From Bugula neritina (lineage: Eukaryota; Animalia; Bryozoa), in contig OZ037765.1 in the NCBI GenBank assembly GCA_964035545.1, positions 21,761,504 to 21,825,503 of the forward strand: DNA of 64,000 nt, given 5' to 3'. Position numbers and translations under genes: made by a program. Positions 1-11,777 of this stretch are shown in pieces (positions within the stretch are counted from its first letter, which is position 1; each line of letters begins with the position of its first letter). Below the pieces are notes generated by a model, which had not been told where the DNA came from, searched no databases, and saw only the letters and a program-made list of their open reading frames with translations.

Positions 1-3000
1 TCCAACAGTTTATCAGTCCTCACAACAGGAGAGGTGTCAGTCTCGGCATGCTCTGGGTGTTTACTTCGCTTATGCTCATTAAGCTTGGCTTTGTCCGCAT
101 ACTGCTTGTGACAATATTCACATGCAAACGGATAGCTGTAAGTCTTCCCTATGGGCTACAAGTTATTGAAAAGTTGATCAATGGCAAAAATATGGTTGCA
201 ATCTGACAAAGTCAGGCAGTTCTATTAGCACCAAGAACAACGAACAAATTAATTTAAGGTAAATTTGTAATTAGACCAAATTTGAATTAATATTCTTCAG
301 TATCAATTGTTTACATTTTATGCTTCCAATTTAAATTAGTTTTGCATCATTGATTATTTGATCTATTTTTTTTCAAATATTATATGTCCACATTTTTATT
401 CACTTGAAAGAACGCTATTAGCCAACATGTAAAGTAAATTCTATTATTTACTCTAAAGGTGTTTTTCTGACAGAATTCTGACAGTAGCGAATATAAAACT
501 AGTTTACTTCATGTTCATCGAATGACGTAGCAAAGTTTAATCATACCCGTGAGAATGTCAACATATTTTCTGTGTTCTTGGTCTTGGCAGAGGGGGGTAT
601 TAGCTGACCAGGGTGCTTATTTTCAATGTGAAGCTTTCTCTTAGCACTAGATTTGTACACACAACTAAAACAATGCGTTCAATTTCATATTGTTAAATGT
701 GTGCATTTAATACAATAAGCATACAATACCAAAATTTAATTTGGTTGAAATAGTTTTTTTCATCATTTAATATTGTCTTCAGCTTTAGAAACTGGAAAAA
801 GCTATGCAACAAAACCGTAGTTATAAATGAAAGAAGGTGACAACTTTTCTCACAACCATACAACATAAGTCACTATAAGTAACAACTGTATAGAGTTCTT
901 AAATAATCAAGCCTGAAAACTCAAATCAATTGCAATATTTCAATAAAAATTGCTTCCACTTAATAACTAGTTATACATGTAACCAAAAGGCACAAGTCTC
1001 TGGTCTTGCTGATTGTTCATCTTATCAAGTTTAGACACGAGCTGCTTGCACTTTGCAAGAGAAAACAACTTCCATTAAATTTAGGAAAATACAGCTAAAC
1101 AAAATAAAATTATTTCTAAAATGTTCAACTTCTCAAGTACTAAGATAATAAAGCTGAAACAAAAAGATAGCTGCAGAACATACCTGCAATAAGGACAAGA
1201 GAATTCTTTTTGAATTTTTATTATTGGCAAATTCAACTCATCTATGCTATTGGATGACACCTCCTTGTGATTCTTTTCAAGGTGATTGACCAGCATTCCA
1301 CGACGCTTAAAGCCAACTTGACATTCGACACACTTGTAGACGTACTGGCGATAGTCTGAAGACCGAACGCTAGACTTATGTACCTTATTGTGTATCTTCA
1401 TGGAGCTATCTCGGTTGCTTTGGTGTAACTTTCGTATGTGTTCCAGTAACTACCAGCATATAAAAATTTGACATCAAACCATGTCATAACTGCACTAAAA
1501 GTCCTGGTAGAAGTAATTATTTAGACTACCATCTTCAACCGTCTTTTTCTATAGAACAAGCTTAAGTCGGATATACGATATCATAGTATTCTAACAGATA
1601 GCTGCTCAATTAAACAGCAACACTACTTTGAGGTGATAGAATTTGCATATATAAGAAGTGATTACTTAACATACACATATGTATCCAAAGATTTTCAGCA
1701 TATGTAATAGCATGAGACCTGAGTCCAAGCTATGTTGACTCAGTTACTAGAAACCTTGTGATGTAGTTGACAGCTAAAATTATTGGCTTAACCAATTTAA
1801 TCAGCTAAAGTTAAAAAAATTTGATAGTATTTTACCAGCCGTTAAAGTTTCCATAACTTAAATATACTCAATGGCCTAATTTATAAAGAGCAAGTGCTAA
1901 ATCAATTTGTTGAACCACGATTGAAAAATTTAAATGTTTCCTATCAATCGAAAGTAATTATTAATGTCAACACTCATGCACTATATGTACATATCATATT
2001 ATACATATAGGGTGTAAGTTAACAGTCAATAGAATGTCTATCAACAAATTTAAAATACAATTACTGACAATAATTACTGACCTTATCTTTTCTAGCAAAC
2101 TGTCTACCGCAGATATCGCACATAAACTCTTTCACATTGCTGTGAGTAACCATATGAAGTCGCAACTTTTCCGCTCTGGTAAACACTTTACCACACTCAA
2201 CACATGGAAACTCTTTACCCGTGTGTAAGTTATTCACATGCTTTCTACATTTCTTCCAACTCTCAAATGCTTTGTTGGGGCACTGAAATATTTACAATGC
2301 TAAAAATGTTATGTCCATCATACTTATAATCTGCTAACTATCCAAAACATAAATGTGCTTATCTGTGTATGTGAAAAACATTGTTGGGATGAGGGGGCCA
2401 TGCTCTAAGAACTAGAAACTATTATGAAGAAAATTTTACATTCATTAAGTTAAGAACCTTGGTCCGTTAAAATTTAATGTATTAATTTCAGCATTATGGG
2501 CCAGCAAAAATTTGTAATATTATATTAGTGGATACTTTTAATGCACACCCAACAATAAACCCACTGAAACTAAGTTTGAACTTAGAGTTACCCCTAAATC
2601 CCATAAGACCAGGGATTGCCGAATTAAGTTTAATCTTTTGAAAAAATTTCATAACTAAATAGAGTGAGTAAAACATATATAATATAAAACACACACACTA
2701 GAGAATCCGAAATTCTATAATTCACTGTTTAATAAAAATAATAGCAATAAAAATGAAGACTTTTTTAAACAATAAATAAGACTGTAAAGGTAATAAAATT
2801 TAAGAGCCATCAGTGCTTGAGCAAAGTTTTTCAAGTTGGCAAATAATTCAAAGTATCTGAAGATGACTTGTCTATTTTTTGAGAGTAAAACATATTAACT
2901 GTTTATAACTGAAAATAAGTTTGGGAATTGCATTACGTGTAATGCTTCGATAAAAAGAAACACTGAAATGCACTTTGATTATGAATGACTGGATTGTGAA

Positions 3001-6000
3001 AAGAAAAGTGAAAAGTGAAAGATTCTTTTGCAAAGACTGCAGTAAAAATAAAACAACTTTTTACTCAAAATATGTGGTAAGCCCTTTATTTGTGGCTCAC
3101 AGAAGATTACCAAAAACATCTTGCATAAATGAAACTGAATGCAACTACCTACTACAGGTGATGATGCTTCTTATTAGTAGATTACACTTCAATAGACCAA
3201 ATCTAGTGCCAAAGGCATATTTTCAGATTTAGAAAATTTCAGTATTAAGACAAAAGCATATTTGGTAAAACCATACTACCTACCTTTGGGCAGTAGTACA
3301 ACCCATTTACATTATGAGTGGTAACATGTGAAAATACATCTTTAGACTTAGGAAACTTTTCATCACAAAGGAAACACCCATAGAAAGCTTCTTTTTGTTT
3401 GTGAGATTTTGCATGGACAGCCAAAGCTGAGATGTTCTCCGCTACTTTTCCACATTCCTGAAAAACATATCTTTACCTTCTTATTTTAAGCCAATACAAC
3501 TACTTAAAAGCAGAAGTAATATATATTTGTGTAGCATGTTTGAGTTTGTAGCCTGCCAATCTATAGGCGGGCATTGGCAGATCAACTTACATTATAAGGA
3601 CGGCTAATAATTATCTGCAAATGAGTAAAGATATTTATAATGCCGATTGCTTAAATACGAGTAAATTATTATACGAGCATGCATTCTGGGTATAGCAACT
3701 GTTTCAGGATTTGTCCCCTCGTAGGCACAGAACAGAGTACCATGACTCAAAACTTTGCAGTAGAGGAAACTTATATAATATTTACAGAACATAGAAATAG
3801 CTATAGAGGATGCTGTACAGTTAATATAGATAAATCACCATACCTTACACGTCAGCTCAGACCTTTTTGAGTCATCATATTCTGAATTAAAAGTGTTCCC
3901 AGTATTACAACGCAACGACCCTGACTCTTCTTCAAGGCCAAAACCACCACTGTTCATAATTAGCCTTTGTTCTAAACTTTCATAATTGTCAAGATTAATA
4001 GCAGATTTTCTAACTCTTTTACTATGTTCTTCAATTATGTGATCGAGTAACTGCGGCAATCCATCAAAATCTAAAAAACAATCTCATTTCTTATCATAAA
4101 GCAATAAACACTGTAATATCCAAATAAAATGCTATAGTAGTAAAATAATAACTAAAACATTAAAATGTTTGTTTTAACTTCTTTGTAAATAACAAAATAA
4201 CTTAAAATACAATGCTTTGCAGTTGGTATACAACAGAAAAAGCACATTTCTAAGATTTTGTATCAAATATCAACACATAATTGGATTTATTGTTCAATGT
4301 TGTTAGCTAATAATTTAATTTCATTCTTGACCAAACTGTAAAACTGCAGCTAAAAGTTCAGTTTTGAAAAAAAAGTGAGCCATACTCAAAATCATGCAAT
4401 TTAAACGTTGTATAAGTAAAACCTGAAAATTATAATTCAAATGGTATGGGAAACCTTAACCATTTACATACATAGAGAAAGACCCTGTTTACCTTTCATG
4501 CAGGCGGGGCAGGATCGCAGCGAATCTTCTTCCACATCCATAAAGTTGTCAGAAACTTCTCTGTGACCTAGCATGTGGATTTCCATTAACTCTGGTTCAC
4601 CGAGTATCACATCACAGTGTGAGCAAGCCAGACGCTGTCTTGATATGGAAGTTGGCCTCTCTTGCTTTCTGTAAGCAGACAGCCACTACATAAGGTTGTG
4701 GAGTCGCAAATAAAACAAATCTATTCTCATGCATAGCTTTCAGTTGAAAAAAGGTATAATTGTGTTAATAGTTAAAATAGCATTTATAGACTGAAATTAG
4801 TACTATTAGTGATCTAAATGTTGCCTGCACTGACGATACCAAAATATCAAACAAATTTCCGTATTGCAAAAGGGTTAACCAACTTTAAATATATTTACCT
4901 TCTGCTTTTCTTGTAATCTTTTTCTGCTATTTGCAGATTGCCTTCTTCTTTGACCTCTACAGTAAAAATACTAAAATTATGTCTTTTGTGCTACTTACAT
5001 GAATAGCAATCATAATATTATCACGCATGTGCACATGGTATAACACATTACAGTACTTAGCAACATAATATAATACTATGCAATAATACTACATATACAT
5101 AATATGTCCGTATGCTACAATTTATTCAAGCATGTTAATACAGAATGTGGTAAATAGCTTTTCACTCACCAGTCTCAGCAGATTTGACAGTTTTTCTCTG
5201 TTTACTTGATACAGCTTTACATTTCAAGTTGCGGCAGTGACCTACTTTGGCTATATGTGACTGAAATGTCATCCCACAAGCTTCACAAGAATACGGGTGA
5301 TGATGATCTAAGCAATAATCAAATCAGTTCACAGGAAATGAAACAGGCTTCAAGATTTTTTGTTTACTTGGCTGCAGGTACTTAATTATTATAAATGTGA
5401 AATAAAATCTTTGAGAGATGGATAGAATGGTTGATATAAAATCTTACCAGGACTGATGGCGGTTAGGCCATATTTGGCAGCATATGGTGGAGAATAGGCA
5501 ACCTTTAATTCTTGATTAAATGTAATCCGTTTACAACTGATGTAATAAATCTGCCCATCCACCTCGAATGCAGTCAAATTGACTTCAGTTGGAGTTGTAG
5601 CTGGTTTAACATACATCATCCAGTTACATATATTCTCATCTTCGTATTCAAGATAAAATCTCTTCTTATTTTTTTCTACCTATATTTTTAATACTAAATG
5701 AGCTGACAAATATTGAAACATATAGGCTTTCACGGTAGTAATTTTTGAAAGTATTTTTGAATGGATGAACATTACAAATTTAGTGCTAAGATCTACAAAC
5801 ACAATGATTATATAAAAATAACATTTAAATATAAAATATAAATAAGTTTGGTCAATTGGCAAGACAGTCTTGTAGAACCGTAGATTAGCAGTTGTTCAAA
5901 TGGAGGTGAATACAACATGAATGAAACTAAAAGACAACAGAATGTTTGAATTAGAATAACTTCTTAACATGGTAGCCGGTAGCGAGTACACTTTTCTATC

Positions 6001-7033
6001 ATGTGATACAAGTTAAATTTCCACTAGTGAATGAACACATTTTGATAGTGAAAAGTATTAGCAACGCACCAATAATATAAATTCTCCTTCCGGTTTATGC
6101 ATAACATGCTTTGCATTAAATGGCCCGAACACTGAATTTGCCAAAACAATTCGGTTAGCTTTCACATATTTTGCACCTATAAACAATCACTAATAGTAAC
6201 ACATGTTAACACAACTTTAAAAATTCACTTAGTACTAATATATAATGAAATCACAGCATTAAATAGTTCCTTACATCGGTAGCAACAACTATAGCAAGAC
6301 AGTAATTATTGACTTGTGAAACAGAAATTACTTTTTACTAATTTAAATAATTCAAATGGTACTTTACGCATCAAATTAGTTGTCACTAGACAAAAAAAGA
6401 CAAGTTGGTTGCATCTTTAGCGGAGGAAAAACCTGTTTCAGCAATGGTTTCTACCCTAAGCCCATGAGGTAGACTGGCCAACGACTTCGGTAAGATTGGT
6501 TTATCAGAGATAAATATTGGCTTCCCATGCATTGGGCATGACGAGCACCTAATCTCATTGCATTTTTGGCACCAAAACTCATTAACTTCAGTCTTATCAA
6601 TGTTCTCATCTAAAATATATTTATAATACACATTACTTACATCATTCATTATTTATTAAAATTTGTCCGATTTAAATTTATTTCAACTTATAATTATCCA
6701 ATAATAAACAACTTTTTATTAAAATTATTTACATATATGCATACAATTATATTCATTAGCATAACTATTTCTGTCCATATTTTTTGCTCTCCTGACAAAT
6801 TATACCTACCCATAAATTTTGAAATCATGGAATGAAAAGATAAGTAGCAAGAATTTGAAGTGATAAACTTATGATCAACAACTAAATACCAGATCAAGAA
6901 TATTGGTCTATAAAAAGTATAAGAACTAACCTTTCAGCATACCAAAATTACCACTTGGAGATGGAACATATTGCTCATTCAAATCATTTCTATGATCATC
7001 ATTGTTTTCACAAACTACATCACTGACCTCCAT
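1..7033 (-). CDS. PRDM10: PR/SET-domain C2H2 zinc-finger protein PRDM10-like (multi-exon; 3' end outside window)
   Basis: Spliced frame from ATG 7033 (exons ~7033-6931, 6609-6433, 6176-6070, 5679-5448, then zinc-finger exons down to position 1). Zn knuckle WCQKC..CPMHG, PR domain FGPF...NWMMYVKPA...NLTAF...IYY...ELKVAY, and PRDM10-typical motifs GFKRRGMLVNHL..H..ELNLPIIK and VYKSSAKRKLHI..KHPG. Confidence 0.9.
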
Positions 7034-8139
7034 ATCATATACAGAAGCAATTGAAATAATTGATCAATTTTCAGTTAGCCATAATATTTGATAAGCTTTT
7101 CCTTCAACTCTTTCATACAGTTGCATGTGGCTGAAACAGTGACAACATCTATTGGTATAATCATACATTCATAAAAATTAAAATGCTAAGCCTTAATCTA
7201 ATACATTATCATAGTTTGTTTATTTGGTGTGCAATATGATGTAAATTGATAAGAAAGTGGCAGTATAAACTGCGTCAATCTTTTATAAAAGTTTAATTTA
7301 ATTCGAAAAATGTGTTTTTGAAAAATAATCTCTATAGAAATTTGCATTTGAATAAATCCAACAGCGCAATATATTAAATGTCTTGAAGCTTTGCATTGTA
7401 TATATATTTATAATTTAGATCCATAATTACTAGTGGTATGTAACATGTGTGCCAAAATCCTCAACTAAAACTGATAAGCACAGTCAATAAAATACAAAGC
7501 ATGGTAATAGAATAATAAAAACAAAGGTGGAAAATAACGCAATGTAGTGTTGATTGTTAGAAAATTTAATTTATTAGCATGAAGGTTTAGTTGTTGGAAA
7601 TACATATGAATTTAAGTGAAAATAGTGTTTCCAAAGACTATAAAATTCTTATAACTGCATGTTACTCCTATTATTAATCTGGTTGATGAAAACTGGTTAT
7701 TTTTTATGATGGCTGTTGATTGATGGCTAGATAGTAGATACCTTATAAGGTAATCGGCTTTTCATAATACAGTCTACTATCTTTGTAGTTACAAACTTTG
7801 TCAGTGTTTACTGCTGTCATGTTAAATGTATTATTGTTGGCTATTCATTAGATGGACATATAGTGTGTGAGCTGAGAAAAGTGTGCTTTTGTAAGCTTAA
7901 CTTTCAACTACACTTATACTATAAAATCAGTTGAACCAGATGTTGTTTATGGTGTAGCATGAGTAAAACTAAAAGACAATCATATGACACCGACAGCTTG
8001 TGCTTCAAGTCTATTGAAGTTGAAACTCAAACTTGAAGTAGAATGAATGGCATTGCCTAAGCCTGAAGCTCGAAAATTAAAAATGAATAATAAGCAAACG
8101 TAGAAAACATAAAACATATTGACATCACGATCTTGACAA

Positions 8140-9877
8140 CAACAGCTACTACTACTAGTACTCAGTATCATGCTGATGCTACTCTATGCTTCAGCCTTTA
8201 AATTTGTACTCCCCTGGCCCTGGTATTCATATTGATATTGATATTGTAGTTTGAGTTTGAGCTAAGCATTACACTCACAGACACTACTACAACTACTAGC
8301 ACCATTACTCTTAGTATCACTGCTAGAAAAGACTAAGCAGACTTAAATCTTAATTATAATGACAACCATAAATAATTATAAGTATAACTATAAGTTATAG
8401 TTATTGGCAAATAACTTATTAATTGGCGTTAGAGCTAATACTAATAGTAATACTAATAATAATAGTAACACTGAATATAACACTTACAGTATCAGTATGA
8501 GTATGATAATTAGTACAACTATAAGCTCTAACGCCAAGTATTATTAAACCTTATTTAATATTATTTCACTATGACTATAACTATTAGTATTAGACTTAGT
8601 ATTAATATTATTAATATTTGCCAATAAAATATAAATATTAATTATTAATATATTTTTAAAATTAATAGAAAAGTCTTGAGGCTTTATTTACAAGATAAGG
8701 GTTTTTAGGGCCAAAATTATTAGATGACTTTGGCTAAGGTGAAAGCAAAAAGATAGCACATTAAATTTAAACTACATATAACTATAGTTAATTTTAGACA
8801 GATGGATTTATTATTATATCATCATTATGATCATCATTACAGTGATTACACCGAGTTAAACTTGCTATTTCTTCTAGGAGAGTACTTGCTGTGTTAAAAT
8901 ACGGAGTTATCTCATTAACTATATTTGACATTAATAAGAGCCACCAAATAGAAAAAGCAACTCCGAAACTGAGTTAGTGAAATTTCTGCGCTAGTATGTA
9001 AAAGCGCGTGTACTAGACTTGCCGCTACATCCACTGTAGCGGAATGTATACATACGCTCCAAATTCAGTGGTTAAAGTTATATAAGCTAAAGCTAATCTA
9101 ACTATTCCATATCTACCATTTTTAGTTTTATCGGCAATTATTATTGTATTATGATTCATATCAATGCGATTATATTTATATTATTATTGTTATAATGATT
9201 ATAATATATTATAATTATATATGCATCTGGCTACGCAATGTCAATATGAATTATTATTATATGAAATCGAATCTAAAGAGCTGGAAATATTATCATAAAT
9301 ATCTTAAACATTTACAGTGTACTGTAATTACTAATTATTATTATTATATTAATACTAATAGTGTAATACTAATAGTAATACTTAATCTTATAATTATACT
9401 TATAGTTAATGTTATACTTAAAGTTAATCTTATAGTTATAGTTATACTAATTACAGTAATTACTAATTTATAATTACTATTATTAGATGTATTACCATTA
9501 GTATTAGTATTAGCCTTAGGATTAGAAAAAGAATGACAATTTATTTTAATACAATCTGAATCACTATGACTATGACTATCAGCATCAGTATCGCAATGTA
9601 CTAGTACTACTACTATCACATTCACTATGATACTGACTATGACTAATAGTAATACTAATAGTGACTATGTGAGGAATATGTGATAATAGCTGACAATGGT
9701 CATCACTCAAACTCAAAGTGAAGGTGTTAGCCATAGTGTGCTACACCGACACTAGCACTAGCAGTAACTTAGTAAGAGTAAGTATTAATGTAGCACTTAC
9801 ACTTAGTGACTTACAGTTACTAAGTCAGTGATTTACTCTTAGAGTTATACTTCAATTTTACTACTAGTGAGTAATAG
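8140..9877. repeat. Degenerate 3/6-nt periodic low-complexity lattice (TAN/NAT units), interrupted by an ordinary island at ~8860-9090
   Basis: Runs such as tactaatagtaatactaataat, actatgactatgactatcagcatcagtatc and tatagttatagttatac. They produce the spurious ORFs 9144-9473 and 9344-9625. Confidence 0.8.
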
Positions 9878-10182
9878 TGTTATAATTTTCTGATTTAGGG
9901 TTGATGTGCTATCCAGAGAGTCTATTTATTTACTATAGAACTGCACCAGGATAAGTCGAGTGAACGAGTATATTTTACACACAATTATACATTATAAAAA
10001 CGATACATTATTTCCAAACAAGTTACACATCTAATCTATTTCACACTCTAGCTTCGACTGAGTTAGCAGCGGGAAACTACAATTGCTGCTAACTATCAAC
10101 TACGCTAATTGGTTATCCATTGTTCCGGGTCAATTGCGCGACCCTACATGTTGTGCTGCTGGTACTTCCACGAACCACCACA
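9878..10182 (-). repeat. 3' LTR (305 bp)
   Basis: Direct repeat of 15194-15498. Only one difference was seen by eye (C10165 vs G15481). On the minus strand it begins TGTGGTGG and ends TATAACA. Confidence 0.97.
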
Positions 10183-10196
10183 CCGCCCCCACCAGC
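10183..10196 (-). promoter_or_regulatory. Polypurine tract (plus-strand primer)
   Basis: Minus-strand GCTGGTGGGGGCGG immediately upstream of the 3' LTR. Confidence 0.75.
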
Positions 10197-10469
10197 AGAA
10201 AGCCATCTTTCTGATATATATATAAAAAAAACATTCATTGGTAACCGCATACATCAGTGGACAAAATAATACCTAATATACAGGAAGAGACATAATAATA
10301 GACGGAATCATTATAACGATCCGTTGCATACAATTGGCCAGCTGTAGATAGACGAGGAATACTAGCTAGCTGTGGTGTTAGACAGGGGATAACCTGTTAA
10401 GCAGTCAACATTTACATGACATCTTGGCTTCTCCCAAGAGGCGGAGTTGGAGTACTCCGGGTAGTCTAA

Positions 10470-11291
10470 CTAGAGTCCTTGTTGGGCACGCTGGTGCTTG
10501 GCTTGGCATGTACGCAGTTTCCGTTTCATACGGCATACGGATCCTTTTAGCTGGAAGAGTCCTGTTGTAGTGTTAAGTAGAACTGGTGCCAGCTGGGTGA
10601 ACTCTTCTTGTAATCGTAGGAGGCGTTCTTCTACTGTGGCTAGGCGTACTGGGTCTGGGGACGGTGTCCGTCTGCGGCGCAAGGGTGGACTGGGGGACCT
10701 GGTTCGTCTCTTCGTCGGGGTAGGGGAGATCTCTCCTTCTTCTGGATATGTAGTTTCTTCGGGGGTGTATGTAATTTGAGGGCGGTCAGACACCAACGGG
10801 GATTATTGGCGGGCGTTGTCTAACACACGTTGGAACCCCGAGGACAGAACGGCTAATAGCATGGCCTTCTTCACCAGAGGTCGTATAAGTGTGAGGAACT
10901 CCGGGTATAGCTTAGCGTCGACCACGTAGTTTTCTCCAGGGAAACAGCCCGCCGCTCGGTGTCTGGTGACGGGGTAGGGATACACATCATTGTACCCGCA
11001 GGGGCAGAATGTTAGTAGGAGATGAGCATTGACGTGTAGTTTAAGGGAGCGGTGAGAGGCGCAATCTTCACCACAGATCTGGCATCTCGTCCGTCCTCTG
11101 GACCCCCAGGCCGTTTCTATTTCTTCCTCTGTTTGTGGAGACACCCACCGCCAACGGCGGCGTAGTGGCTCAGGCCGGTCACCACTAGCATACTCCTCCG
11201 GATACGGAGCGGGAAGTGTTCTATCCCGTACCCTGGTTGTAGCGGGTCGAGTGTAATCTGAAAAAGTTTCAACAGTGTTAACACAGTACAC
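10470..11291 (-). pseudogene. Retrotransposon accessory ORF3: C2H2 zinc finger + Arg/Ser/Pro-rich segment + coiled coil, split by one in-frame TAA
   Basis: ORFs 10803-11291 and 10470-10796 are in the same frame (CAA TAA TCC CCG TTG). It contains C-x2-C-x12-H-x3-H, C-x-C-x12-H-x4-C, KRRTRSPSPPLRRRRTPSP and a heptad-like LATVEERLLRLQEEFTQL. Confidence 0.7.
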
Positions 11292-11777
11292 TGCTGTGTT
11301 GTCAGCTTGAACAGCTTGGCAACTCCTAATTCAGTTACCTCGTAGAGATTAATGGTAGTGAATAGTCAGATAGAACACGTATTGCAATGAGATTATAAAA
11401 ATCTCTAAGTCAAACTGAGTTCTTACTACGGTATTTCACTAACCTATCTCCAGCTCGATTGACTCAGTGAGTCAGAGCTGAGCGATGCAATCTAGTTTCG
11501 TATTAAGATATAGTTAACTCACCCCACGATCTGTTGTCGTAAGACATACTGAATGTGTGAAATGGTTTGAACTACTGCTTAGAAACACGTCTACTCCTGA
11601 CTGCATCAGCGTATGAAAAGACCGAGCAACGTGGTTGGGGTGCGTGATTAAGACTTTGTGCACCCGGCGGATGAATTTTGTTTCTATTTCCGCCGATACA
11701 AAAGTTGATATTTCCGTGGTGTTGACAACTCCCACATTTGCTCGATTCTTTTCTCGTACGGTTTTCCCCTAGACTTT

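Noticed and set aside
9144-9625. ORFs 9144-9473 and 9344-9625 (and 26195-26500) as proteins
   Set aside because: Ile/Val or His/Ser/Asp alternation is the direct translation of the periodic lattice, and there is no splice or domain support.
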